DNA of 64,000 bases, from positions 857,252 through 921,251 of the forward strand of contig CAWJNX010000001.1 of NCBI GenBank assembly GCA_963844395.1, given 5' to 3'. Below the pieces are notes generated by a model, which was not told the DNA's origin, ran no database searches, and was given only the letters and a program-made list of their open reading frames with translations. Positions 17,483 through 26,927 of this stretch are shown one piece after another. Numbering within the stretch: position 1 is the first letter of the stretch; every line of letters begins with the position of its first letter. Source of the DNA: an uncultured Solirubrobacterales bacterium. Lineage in GTDB: Bacteria > Actinomycetota > Thermoleophilia > Solirubrobacterales > 70-9. A program made the position numbers and the translations under genes.

Positions 17483-18241
17483 CTACCGGGACAGGCCCTG
17501 CGCCAGGGTGCGGAACTCGCCTGGTGAGAGCTGCTCGGCACGGGTGTCCTCGGGTAGACCGAGATCGCGCAGTCCGGCGCGGACGGAGTCGAGAGAGCCG
17601 GGGCGCACGTGCTCGACCGAGCGGGCCAGCGACTTGCGCCGGTGGGCGAAGGCGGCGCGGACCAGCTCGCGCGTCGCCGGATCGGCCGCCGCCCCGGTGC
17701 GGCGCAGGCCGAGGATCGCCGACTCGACTCGCGGCCGCGGCCGGAAGACGGCGGGGTCGACCGTGCGCAGCAGCTTCACCTCGCAGGCGAGCTGGACGAG
17801 GACGCTCGGCGAGCCGTAGGTGCGACTGCCGGGCCCGGCCCGCAGCCGGTCGGCGATCTCTCGCTGGACCATCACCGTCCAGCTGCGCAGTGAAGGCAGC
17901 TCCTCGATCGTGCGCAGGAGGACCGGCGTCGCGACCGAGTAGGGCAGGTTGGCGACCATCGCGGTCGGAGGCGGGTCGAGGGCACCGAGGTCAAGCTTCA
18001 TCGCGTCGCCCCAGTGCAGGTCCAAGTTCGAGCGGGCGGCGAGTGGCGCCAGCGCCTCCTCCAAACGACGGTCGAGCTCCACCGCGTGGACGTGGGCGAC
18101 CGCCGCCGCCAGGCGCTCGGTCAGCACTCCCTCCCCCGCCCCCACCTCCAGCACGACGTCCTCGAGCGAGAGGGCGGCGTCGCGGAGGATCGCGTCGAGC
18201 AGGTTGGGATCGGCGAGGAAGTTCTGGCCGAGCCTGACCAC
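17483..18241 (-). CDS. rsmA: 16S rRNA (adenine1518/1519-N6)-dimethyltransferase
   Basis: It has LGQNFLADPNLLDAI...VLEVGAGEGVLT... and the ANLPY motif. It is adjacent to ispE and tatD as in many bacteria. Confidence 0.9.
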   Translation of the reverse strand: MVRLGQNFLADPNLLDAILRDAALSLEDVVLEVGAGEGVLTERLAAAVAHVHAVELDRRLEEALAPLAARSNLDLHWGDAMKLDLGALDPPPTAMVANLPYSVATPVLLRTIEELPSLRSWTVMVQREIADRLRAGPGSRTYGSPSVLVQLACEVKLLRTVDPAVFRPRPRVESAILGLRRTGAAADPATRELVRAAFAHRRKSLARSVEHVRPGSLDSVRAGLRDLGLPEDTRAEQLSPGEFRTLAQGLSR

Positions 18242-18251
18242 GCTCAGCGCC

Positions 18252-19073
18252 TCACCAGCCGAAGAGGGCGCGGGCGTTCGTCTCGACCGTCCGCTCCAGC
18301 TCCTCGTAGGAGACGCCGCGCTGCTCGGCGACGAGCTTTGCGGTGTCCACCACGTAGGCGGGCTCGTTCGGCTTGCCGCGCATGGTCTGTGGAGCCAGGT
18401 AGGGCGCGTCGGTCTCGACCAGGACCAGCCTCTCGGGCAGCTCGGCAGCGGCCTCGCGGAGCTCGTCCGACGCCGGGTAGGTGACGTGGCCGGCGAACGA
18501 GCAGTACCAGCCGCGCTCGGCCGCGTCGGCGACCCGCCAGGGCGCCGAGAAGCAGTGGAGGATCACGGCAAGGTCGGCGCCGCGAACGTCGAGGATCTCG
18601 AACACCTCGTCGCTGGCGGTCCTCTCGTCCTCCGGGTCGCGGCAGTGGATGACGATCGGCAGCTCGTGTTCGCGGGCGATCTCGATCTGCGCTTCGAAGG
18701 CGCGCCGTTGCTCGGCCGGAGTCGCCGTATCGCGGTAGTAGTCGATCCCCGTCTCGCCGATCGCCCGCACCTTCTCGTGGGCGGCGAGCCGCGCGATCTC
18801 CTCCGCCATCGCGTCGTCGAAGCCCCCTGCCTCGGTCGGGTGGCAGCCGACGGACGCGAACACCTCCTCATGGCGCTCTGCCGCAGCGATCGCGAGGACG
18901 TTCGTGTCTTGCGGGCTGCCTGGTCCCTCCGGACCGTCGCCACTCCCGGGCCCATGCGCGCTGCGGCCCAGGCCGACGTTGAGCATCCGCGTCACCCCGG
19001 CGTCGCGGGCCGCGGCGACGATCTCCGGCTCGGGGCGCTCGCAGAGGAAGAGGTGCGTGTGCGAGTCGATCAC
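18252..19073 (-). CDS. TatD-family metal-dependent hydrolase
   Basis: The GTG start at 19073 gives VIDSHTHLF.... It also has ...IGETGIDYYR..., ...PIVIHCRD... and ...ETDAPYLAP. The long upstream extension in the ORF track is rejected. Confidence 0.85.
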   Translation of the reverse strand: MIDSHTHLFLCERPEPEIVAAARDAGVTRMLNVGLGRSAHGPGSGDGPEGPGSPQDTNVLAIAAAERHEEVFASVGCHPTEAGGFDDAMAEEIARLAAHEKVRAIGETGIDYYRDTATPAEQRRAFEAQIEIAREHELPIVIHCRDPEDERTASDEVFEILDVRGADLAVILHCFSAPWRVADAAERGWYCSFAGHVTYPASDELREAAAELPERLVLVETDAPYLAPQTMRGKPNEPAYVVDTAKLVAEQRGVSYEELERTVETNARALFGW

Positions 19074-19097
19074 GCTCGCCAGCCTAGTCCAGCGAGC

Positions 19098-19140
19098 GCG
19101 TTCGTCCTTTGTGTCGCATAGCGGGACAAAGGACGAACGC
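19098..19140. promoter_or_regulatory. Perfect 15-bp inverted repeat in the tatD/metH divergent intergenic region
   Basis: gcgttcgtcctttgt (19098-19112) pairs with acaaaggacgaacgc (19126-19140) across a 13-nt spacer. It ends 20 nt before the metH start. Confidence 0.4.
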
Positions 19141-19160
19141 AGAGGCCCCGGTAGCCTCTT

Positions 19161-22100
19161 TTGACTGTGCCAGAACGCGACTTCATAGCCGCCACCCGGG
19201 AGCGCGTCGTCGTCTTCGACGGCGGCATGGGCGCGACCCTGGAGCAGTTCGACCTGACGCAGGAGGACTACGGCGGCCTCGAGGGCAAATGCCACGAGGC
19301 GCTGGTCCTGAACCGTCCCGACGTGATCGAGGGGGTCCACGCCTCGATGCTCGAGGCCGGCGCCGAGGTGGTCGAGACCGACACCTTCCAGGCCTCGCGG
19401 CTGAAGCTCGAGGAGTGGGGGCTCGGCGAGCACACGCACGAGATCAACGTTAAGGCGGCGCAAATCGCCCGCAAGGCGGCGGGCGACGAGCGCTTCGTCG
19501 CCGGCTCGATCGGGCCGACCGGCTTCCTGCCCGCCTCCGATGACCCGACCCTGGGCGACATCTCCTTCCGCCGTCTGGTCGACGTCTTCGCCGAGCAGGC
19601 GCGCGGCCTGGTCGAGGGCGGCGCCGACCTGCTGATCGTCGAGACGGCGCAGGACATCCTCGAGGTGAAGGCGGCGATCTTCGGCGCCCGCAAGGCCTTC
19701 CAGGAGGCTGGCCGGACGCTGCCTCTCCAAGCCAGCGTCTCGCTGCTGCCACAGGGCGGCAAGATGCTGCTGGGGACCGATATCCGGGCGGTGCTGACGA
19801 CGCTTGCGGCGCTCGACGTCGACGTGATCGGGCTCAACTGCTCGACCGGCCCCGAGGACATGCGTGAGGCAATCCGCTACCTAGGCGAGAACAGCCCGCT
19901 GCCGGTCCACTGCATCCCCAACGCCGGCCTGCCCCTGCAGGGACCCGATGGCGAGACGATCTTCCCCGAAGAGCCCGGGCCGCTGGCCGCGACCCTGGGA
20001 GAGTTCGTCGAGCGCTACGGCGTCGGCATCGTCGGCGGCTGCTGCGGGACGACCCCCGAGCACATCGCCGCAATTCGCGAGCGCGTTGACGGCCGGGTCC
20101 CGGACGAGCGGCCGGCGCCGGGGCCGATCGAGGTCTCCTCGATGATGACGTCAACGCCCCTGGTGCAGGAGCCGCGCCCGACCCTGGTTGGCGAGCGGGT
20201 CAACTCGCAGGGCTCGCGCAAGGCGAAGGAGCTGCTGCTCGCCGACGATTACGACGGCCTCGTCCAGGTCGCCGAGGACCAGGTAAACGGCGGTGCCCAC
20301 GTGCTCGACGTGTGCGTGGCGCTGACCGAGCGCGCCGACGAGGACGAGCAGATGCGAGCGGTCGTCGAGCGGGTCTCGCTGACCCAGCCGGCGCCGATCC
20401 AGGTTGACTCGACCGAGCCGGAGGTGATCCAGGCGGCGCTGGAGCAGATCCCCGGGCGCGCGATCGTCAACTCGATCAACCTCGAGGCGGGGCGTGACAA
20501 GGCCGACGTGGTCGTGCCGCTAGCGGTGGCGCACGGCGCAGCGCTGATCGCGCTGACGATCGACGAGGTCGGGATGGCGAAGACGGCCGAGCGCAAGGTG
20601 GAGATCGCGAAGCGGATCCGCGACCTCGCCTGCTCCGAGCACGGCCTCGACCCCGAGGCGCTGATCTTCGACGCGCTGACCTTCACCCTGACCACCGGCG
20701 ACGACGAGTGGAAGCCGTCCGCGGTAGAGACGATCGAGGGGATCCGACGGATCAAGGCCGAGATCCCCGGCGTCAAGACCTCGCTCGGCGTCTCCAACGT
20801 CTCCTTCGGCGTCGGTCAGCCGGCCCGCGCTGTCCTCAACTCGGTCTTCCTCCACCACTGCGTCGAGGCCGGGCTCGATCTGGCCATGGTCAACCCCAAC
20901 CACATCACGCCGTACTCGGAGATCTCCGACTCCGAGCGCGAGCTGACCGACGATCTCGTCTTCAACCGGCGCGACGACGCGCTGGAGCGCTTCATCGGCC
21001 ACTTCGAGTCAAAGGGCGAGGAGGCGGCCGAGGAGGCGGGCGACCCGACCGAGGGCATGGAGCCCGAGGAAGCTCTGCACTGGCACATCCTGCGCCGCAA
21101 GAAGGATGGCGTCGAGGACTGGATCGACCGCTCGAACGAGAAGATCGGCGCCGTGCCGACCCTGAACGAGGTGCTGCTGCCGGCGATGAAGGAGGTCGGC
21201 GACAAGTTCGGCGCCGGCGAACTGATCCTGCCCTTCGTCCTGCAGTCGGCCGAAGTGATGAAGCGCGCCGTGGCGCAGCTGGAGAACTACCTCGACCGGA
21301 TCGAGGGACACACGAAGGGCAAGGTCGTGATCGCGACCGTCTTCGGCGACGTCCACGACATCGGCAAGTCGCTCGTCAACACGATCCTCACCAACAACGG
21401 CTACACGGTGATCGACCTCGGCAAGCAGGTCCCGGTCGAGACGATCATCGAGGCCGCGGTCGAGAACGAGGCCGACGCGATCGGCCTCTCCGCCCTGCTC
21501 GTCTCGACCTCAAAGCAGATGCCGATCTGCGTCCAGGAGCTGCACCAGCGTGAGCTGGCCTTCCCGGTGCTGATCGGCGGCGCCGCGATCAACCGCGACT
21601 TCGGCCGCCGCACGCTCTACCCGCACGGCAAGGAGTCCGACGAGGTCTACGAGCCAGGCGTCTTCTACTGCAAGGACGCCTTCCAGGGGCTCGACACGAT
21701 GGACGCGCTGGTTGACGAGGAGGCGCACCGGGTGCTGGTCGAGCGGATCCGCTCCGAGGCCAAGCAGCTGCGCGAGAAGCCGGTGGTCATCGACGACTCG
21801 CCGCCGACCACGGACGCGAGCGTCCGCTCCGCGGCCCGCACCGACAACCCGATCCCCGAGCCGCCCTTCCTCGGCGTGCGCGACGTTAACGTTGACCTTG
21901 ACGAGGTCTTTCCCTACCTCGACCGCCACGTGTTGTTCAAGCTGCACTGGGGCGGCAAAGGGGTTAAGGGCGAGGCCTGGCGCGAACTGGTCGAGGGAAA
22001 CGGTGAGGAGGAGGGATTCGCGCCGCGGCTGGAGCGGATGTGGCGCGAGCAGGATTACCTCAGGCCACGAGCGCGGCTCGGCTACTTCCCCTGCAACGCC

Positions 22101-22703
22101 GAGGGCAACGAGCTGGTCGTCTTCGACCCCGAGGACCCTGAGCGCGAGCTGGAGCGACTGGTCTTCCCGCGCCAACCCAAGCACGACCGCATCTGCCTGG
22201 CCGACTTTTTCAGCCCGTTCGACTCGGGGGAGCGCGATGTCGTGGCCCTGCAGGGCGTCACCGTCGGCCCCGAGGTGACCGAGCTGATCGAACAACTGGA
22301 GCGCGAAGGCGAGTTCGCCGAGCAGCTCTTCGTCCACGGGCTCGGCGTGCAGTCGGCCGAGGGCCTGGCCGAGTGGCTGCACTCAAAGGTGCGCCGCGAG
22401 CTCGCCATCGACCTCGACCAGGGCCGCCGTTACTCGTGGGGCTATCCGGCCTGCCCGGACCAGTCCGAGCACGAGAAGGTATGGCGCCTGCTCGAGCTGG
22501 AGGAGATCGGCATGACCCTCTCGGGCGGCTTCGCCGTGACCCCGGAGCAGTCGACGGTGGCGATCGTCGCCCACCATCCCCAGGCCGTTTACTTCGGCAT
22601 GAAGTCGGGGTTCATTCCGGAGGAGAAGGCGCCGGATGAGCTGATCGCCGGAACTGAGCGGGGCGGGGCTGTTCCGCCGGAGAAAGAGCCGGTAGAGACG
22701 TAG
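19161..22703 (+). CDS. metH: Cobalamin-dependent methionine synthase
   Basis: 1180 aa with Hcy-binding, pterin-binding, B12-binding (GDVHDIGK) and AdoMet-activation domains, all recognisable in order. Confidence 0.95.
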   Translation: MTVPERDFIAATRERVVVFDGGMGATLEQFDLTQEDYGGLEGKCHEALVLNRPDVIEGVHASMLEAGAEVVETDTFQASRLKLEEWGLGEHTHEINVKAAQIARKAAGDERFVAGSIGPTGFLPASDDPTLGDISFRRLVDVFAEQARGLVEGGADLLIVETAQDILEVKAAIFGARKAFQEAGRTLPLQASVSLLPQGGKMLLGTDIRAVLTTLAALDVDVIGLNCSTGPEDMREAIRYLGENSPLPVHCIPNAGLPLQGPDGETIFPEEPGPLAATLGEFVERYGVGIVGGCCGTTPEHIAAIRERVDGRVPDERPAPGPIEVSSMMTSTPLVQEPRPTLVGERVNSQGSRKAKELLLADDYDGLVQVAEDQVNGGAHVLDVCVALTERADEDEQMRAVVERVSLTQPAPIQVDSTEPEVIQAALEQIPGRAIVNSINLEAGRDKADVVVPLAVAHGAALIALTIDEVGMAKTAERKVEIAKRIRDLACSEHGLDPEALIFDALTFTLTTGDDEWKPSAVETIEGIRRIKAEIPGVKTSLGVSNVSFGVGQPARAVLNSVFLHHCVEAGLDLAMVNPNHITPYSEISDSERELTDDLVFNRRDDALERFIGHFESKGEEAAEEAGDPTEGMEPEEALHWHILRRKKDGVEDWIDRSNEKIGAVPTLNEVLLPAMKEVGDKFGAGELILPFVLQSAEVMKRAVAQLENYLDRIEGHTKGKVVIATVFGDVHDIGKSLVNTILTNNGYTVIDLGKQVPVETIIEAAVENEADAIGLSALLVSTSKQMPICVQELHQRELAFPVLIGGAAINRDFGRRTLYPHGKESDEVYEPGVFYCKDAFQGLDTMDALVDEEAHRVLVERIRSEAKQLREKPVVIDDSPPTTDASVRSAARTDNPIPEPPFLGVRDVNVDLDEVFPYLDRHVLFKLHWGGKGVKGEAWRELVEGNGEEEGFAPRLERMWREQDYLRPRARLGYFPCNAEGNELVVFDPEDPERELERLVFPRQPKHDRICLADFFSPFDSGERDVVALQGVTVGPEVTELIEQLEREGEFAEQLFVHGLGVQSAEGLAEWLHSKVRRELAIDLDQGRRYSWGYPACPDQSEHEKVWRLLELEEIGMTLSGGFAVTPEQSTVAIVAHHPQAVYFGMKSGFIPEEKAPDELIAGTERGGAVPPEKEPVET

Positions 22704-22736
22704 GCGTCGGCGGGCGGGTCCTGTCGCGGCGGCCCT

Positions 22737-22783
22737 CCCCCATGTGCTCGGACGCCGCTTCGCGGCGCCCTCCGCTATGGGGG
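22737..22783. terminator. Nested hairpin between convergent metH and the glycosyltransferase gene
   Basis: The outer stem is cccccat (22737-22743) / atggggg (22777-22783). The inner stem is gacgccgc / gcggcgcc (22751-22769, 7 of 8 bp). There is no clear U-tract. Confidence 0.3.
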
Positions 22784-22858
22784 ACCCCCGCCACCGCGCC
22801 ACCCGCCCGATCAACGTCTAGGTCATAACGAGTTGAGCGCCAACCGCGGTAAAGGCGT

Positions 22859-25171
22859 TTATGCCCCTATGCGTTCTCCGGCGGGACGCTGTGGGAGGGG
22901 CTTAAGGCGGACTGGGGCCGCAGACAAGGCCTGGATTCGGAGGTCGCTCCAGGTCAGGCCCTCTCTTACTAGGGAGGGGAGGCCCAGGGCTACTGCGGTG
23001 GCTATCTCCACTGCCTGGAGGATGATTCCGTAGGCGAGGGCGTCTGCCGTGCCTATGCCGAAGCCGGTGTGGAGGACGCTGATCACGGCTAGCTGGAAGA
23101 CACCGATGTTGGAGGGGGTCGCCGGCACGACCGCGGTGACGTTGACTGCGAAGAGGACCGCGGCGGCGGCGCCGATTCCGCCCTCCAGGCCGAGCGCGGC
23201 GAGCAGCGCCCAGCAGGCGGCGAGCTGGATCGCCCAGGCGCCGAGCTGGGCGGCGGCGGCGATGGCGCCGCGGCGCGGCTTGCGGAACACGGCTAGGCCG
23301 GCGCGGACCTGGAGCAGCGCTCGGTGAACCGCCGCGCCGGCGCGGGCAAGTCGCCCGTTGCCGTTGCGGCGCAGCAGCATCGGCGCGAACAGGACGAGGA
23401 CGAGCAGGATCAGGGGCACGAAGCTGAAGGCGAAGAGCTTCTCGGTGCTGGAGTGGAAGAGGTCGGTGGTGGAGACGATGATCGCCCCCAGCATCGCCAG
23501 CGCGACGAGGTTGAGCATGGTCTGCGAGACCAGCGTGCCGAGCAAGATCGGGAAGGTCTCCCGCATGCGGCCGATGCGGCGGGCGAGGGTCATCGCCCGC
23601 GCCGGCTCGCCGAGCCTTGCCGGCAAGGTCGCCGACATCAGCACGCCGATCATCGTCGCCGAGGTGACGTCGCGGCGGCGGACCGGCCGGTTGGGAAGCG
23701 CCGCCCGCACGATCCCGTACCAGGAGGCGGCGCGGAAGAAGAGTGAGATGCCCATCAGGGCGCAGGCGACGAGTACCCAGGTGAAGTCGGAGCGGACGAT
23801 GCTGGCGAGGACGTTGTCGATACCGATCTTCTGCGCGGCCAGCACGGTGAGGCCGACGCCGAGCGCCCCGGCGACGCCGAGCCCGGCGCGGCGGGCGACG
23901 CGCCGTCGCCTGTTGCCGTCCTCGGCCAGCGGCGGGTCGAGCGAGGGCAGCTTGCGCGGCGGCCGTGGCGGCGTGCCGTCGGCGGGCCGGAACCCGGCCC
24001 AGTGGGCGGCGCGCTCCACCGTCGTCGTCGGAATGGGTGCCTCGATCGCCCGTTCGTAGACCTCGGTCACACGGTCGGCGATGTGCGGCCAGGCGTAGCG
24101 CTGGGCGCTCTGCCGCGCCGCTTCGCCCATCGCCGCAAGGCGGGCCGGCTCGTGGTGGGCGCGCTGCAGCTCCTCGGCCAGGCGCTGCGGGTCGCCCGGC
24201 GGCACCAGCACGCCGTTGACGCCGTCGCTAACCACGTCGCTGTAGCCGGCGATCGCCGAGGCGATCGCCGGGGTGCCGGCGGCGAAGGCCTCGGTCAGGA
24301 CCATGCCAAAGCTCTCGCCGGCAAGCGAGGGCGCGCAGAGCACGTCGGCCTCGTGCAGCGCCTGCCATAGCTGGTCGTGAGAGACCCGGCCGCGAGCGTC
24401 GATTCTCTCCATCGTCTCGGGGTTGGCCAGGTAGCGGAGAACGTCGTCGCGCTCGGCGCCGATCACGGTGAGGCGGGAGGGGACGTGCTCGACCAGCGCG
24501 TCGAAGGCGGTCAGCAGGATCGGTAGGCCCTTGCGCTCCTCCGGGCGGCCGACGAAGAGCACCCGCAGTTCGTCGCTCGCTGGCTTCGGCTCCTTCGGCG
24601 CGGCCTCGACGTCGACGCCGTTGGGAACGATCTCGTAGTGGCCGCCGAACCAGCGACGGCCGGTCCAGGAGGCTGCCTCGGAGACGGCGATCCGCGCCGA
24701 GAGACGGTTGAAGACGCGACGGGCGCCAAGCGCCGAGGCGATGTGGTTTGGCATCGGCTTGGTCGAGTAGGCGTGGAAGGTTCCGACGACCGGACTGCGG
24801 GCGCCGAGCGCCGCGTTCCAGCCGACCAGCGGCACCAGCGGCTCGTGGACGTGGATCACGTCGTAGCCGCCGCGCCGAAGCTCGCGCCGCGGTGCCACCA
24901 CTCCCCCTGCCGGGAACGCCGCAAGGTTCGACACCGCGCCGTTGGCCCCGAAGCCCATGCTGCGGCCCAGCGGAATCAGGTAGTCGGGAAGCTCGCGAGC
25001 CTCCGGCGCGGCACGGTGCAGCGCCCGGCTGAGGCGACCCGGTGGATCGACGGGAGCAAGCACACGGACGTGATGGCCACGGTCGAGGAACTCCTCGGCG
25101 AGCGCCTCGACGTGCCGATTCACGCCTCCCTGGTAGCTCCAGGAATATGGCGAGACAAGAGCAATCCGCAC
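22859..25171 (-). CDS. GT4-family glycosyltransferase fused to a lysyl-PG-synthase-like (flippase-like, UPF0104) transmembrane domain
   Basis: The N-terminus is MRIALVSPYSWSYQGGVNRHV...EGFGMVLTEA-type GT4 (ESFGMVLTEAFAAGTP). The C-terminal 330 aa or so is polytopic membrane. Confidence 0.8.
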   Translation of the reverse strand: MRIALVSPYSWSYQGGVNRHVEALAEEFLDRGHHVRVLAPVDPPGRLSRALHRAAPEARELPDYLIPLGRSMGFGANGAVSNLAAFPAGGVVAPRRELRRGGYDVIHVHEPLVPLVGWNAALGARSPVVGTFHAYSTKPMPNHIASALGARRVFNRLSARIAVSEAASWTGRRWFGGHYEIVPNGVDVEAAPKEPKPASDELRVLFVGRPEERKGLPILLTAFDALVEHVPSRLTVIGAERDDVLRYLANPETMERIDARGRVSHDQLWQALHEADVLCAPSLAGESFGMVLTEAFAAGTPAIASAIAGYSDVVSDGVNGVLVPPGDPQRLAEELQRAHHEPARLAAMGEAARQSAQRYAWPHIADRVTEVYERAIEAPIPTTTVERAAHWAGFRPADGTPPRPPRKLPSLDPPLAEDGNRRRRVARRAGLGVAGALGVGLTVLAAQKIGIDNVLASIVRSDFTWVLVACALMGISLFFRAASWYGIVRAALPNRPVRRRDVTSATMIGVLMSATLPARLGEPARAMTLARRIGRMRETFPILLGTLVSQTMLNLVALAMLGAIIVSTTDLFHSSTEKLFAFSFVPLILLVLVLFAPMLLRRNGNGRLARAGAAVHRALLQVRAGLAVFRKPRRGAIAAAAQLGAWAIQLAACWALLAALGLEGGIGAAAAVLFAVNVTAVVPATPSNIGVFQLAVISVLHTGFGIGTADALAYGIILQAVEIATAVALGLPSLVREGLTWSDLRIQALSAAPVRLKPLPQRPAGERIGA

Positions 25172-25233
25172 GAACCGCTAAGGGTAGTCGATGCCACGGC
25201 ACCCACCCAAACGCGAACGGAAGTCGGTCGGAG

Positions 25234-25605
25234 CTAAACCTGGCCGGTGATGACCAGGCCCATGAGGGCGACGATGACGGCCCCGCCGACCCGAATCATC
25301 GTCATCTGCAGGGCGTGATTTTCCTTGCGCAGCGCGTCGAAGTCTTTCCGCAGCTCGCGATTGCCGTGCTTGATTTCGAAACGCAGTTCCTGATTAGCCT
25401 CTTGCGTTTCGGTGCGCAACCCCTTGACATCCTTCTCGACCCGCTCGAAGCCTGATCTCATTTCAGCCTCAACACGCTCGAAGCGCTGCTCCATCTCAGC
25501 CTCGACATGATCGAAGCGTTCGTCTACCCGGTCGAAGCGTTCATCGATCCGGCGGCCGAACTCGTCGAGGCGGTCGTCTGTCCAGCTCTGTCTCATTGCG
25601 TCCAT
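25234..25605 (-). CDS. Tail-anchored coiled-coil protein with 11-residue tandem repeats (XhlA-like architecture)
   Basis: The ATG at 25605 gives MDAMRQSW...RIDERFDRVDE/RFDHVEAEMEQ/RFERVEAEMRS/GFERVEKDVKG... followed by the C-terminal TM IRVGGAVIVALMGLVITG. Confidence 0.6.
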   Translation of the reverse strand: MDAMRQSWTDDRLDEFGRRIDERFDRVDERFDHVEAEMEQRFERVEAEMRSGFERVEKDVKGLRTETQEANQELRFEIKHGNRELRKDFDALRKENHALQMTMIRVGGAVIVALMGLVITGQV

Positions 25606-25616
25606 GCCCTGCCAGG

Positions 25617-26927
25617 CTACGGGGAAATATCGCGCGTGTGTGAGACGGAAGTGTAACTTTTTGTCTGGGGAGCCACAGGCTCCATTCTGCCGCCTGCATT
25701 CGCCCATGCAAAGCCGGTGAATGCCGCGAGATAGGCGGCTCCGATCTCCAACAGCAGGGCGCCGGAGTCGTTGGCGACGGTGCCGACCAGGGTTGCAGCG
25801 AGGGCGCCGAGTAGGCCCGCCCGCATCGCGGGGACGTCGCGCAGCCAGGCGGCGATGCGCTCGCGCCGCAGCCAGACGATCAGCCCTCCCGCGAGCACGA
25901 AGGGCAGGATCGCGAGGAGCAGCGGCCGGCCGAAGCTCTCCCCCGCCTCGCCCAGCCGACGGCCGATGACGGCGAGGACATCGCCACCGCCGTCGGCCTG
26001 CAGGACCGTGCGAGTCAGGTGGGCGTCGGAGCCCGAGAGAAGATCGGCGGCGGCGAGGATCGCGAGCGCCGGCAGAGGCACGGCGAGGGCCAAGAAGGAG
26101 AGTCGGGGGCGGCCGGCGAGAACGGCGGCAGCGACCATCCCGCCAAGCGGCAGCACGATCGCCGCCCCGACGTCGGCTCCGTAGCGGCCGTAGGCAAAGG
26201 CGAACGAGAACGCTGCGGCTACGACGAGGAAGGCGGCGGCGTGGCGGGTGCTGAGCCGAGCGACAGCACCGCCTCGATCGGGTCGAGCCCCCACGTCGCG
26301 GGCAAATCCGGTCAGCGCCGCTCCGGTCCCAACCAGGACCAGCACGACCAGGATCGCCTCAAGCTCGTTGCCGATCCCGTAATAGCGGTGGCCGGCAGCC
26401 GGGTTCGGTCCCACCAGGGAGAGCTGGGTGAGATGCGAGCCGGCAACGACGTCAACCGTGTAGGTGAGCACGGTCGCAGCGCAGGCAACCGCCAGCGCCC
26501 GGTAGCCGCCGAGCACGGCCAGGGTCAAAACCGCGAGAGCGGGCGACCCGAGCATGACCAGCAGCCGCTCAGCCGCGACGCTGGGTTCCAACACGGCGCC
26601 CGCCAGCAAAAGCAGCGGCAGATAAACGAGCGAGAGGGCCAGAAGCTGGGCGGCAAGCCTTCCAGCCCGCTCGCGTTCGACCGCGAACGCCAGACCGAAC
26701 GCTCCCAGCCAGACAAGAAGGCTGACGCCGAGCACCGGTCCGCGCCGATCGGCGATCTCCCAGAGACGATCGGGCCCGGTGACAAGGATCGAGAGCGGGT
26801 CTCCTTCGAAACCGCAACCCGCCAGGCGCAGCGCCAGCAGGCCGCCGATCAGCCCGGCGGCAAGCGCCGCCGGCGCTATCGTGACCGCGATGGGCGACCG
26901 CACTTTTGCCAAGTTCACCTTTTTCAA
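25617..26927 (-). CDS. Polytopic membrane protein of unknown function
   Basis: About 10 or more hydrophobic helices. The start is uncertain because the longest ORF overlaps the divergent hemQ start by 38 nt. Confidence 0.6.
   Translation of the reverse strand: MKKVNLAKVRSPIAVTIAPAALAAGLIGGLLALRLAGCGFEGDPLSILVTGPDRLWEIADRRGPVLGVSLLVWLGAFGLAFAVERERAGRLAAQLLALSLVYLPLLLLAGAVLEPSVAAERLLVMLGSPALAVLTLAVLGGYRALAVACAATVLTYTVDVVAGSHLTQLSLVGPNPAAGHRYYGIGNELEAILVVLVLVGTGAALTGFARDVGARPDRGGAVARLSTRHAAAFLVVAAAFSFAFAYGRYGADVGAAIVLPLGGMVAAAVLAGRPRLSFLALAVPLPALAILAAADLLSGSDAHLTRTVLQADGGGDVLAVIGRRLGEAGESFGRPLLLAILPFVLAGGLIVWLRRERIAAWLRDVPAMRAGLLGALAATLVGTVANDSGALLLEIGAAYLAAFTGFAWANAGGRMEPVAPQTKSYTSVSHTRDISP

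Noticed and set aside
19074-19160. A cobalamin or SAM riboswitch in front of metH.
   Set aside because: The whole spacer is 87 nt and is dominated by one simple hairpin. That is too short for, and lacks the conserved cores of, those riboswitches as I know them.
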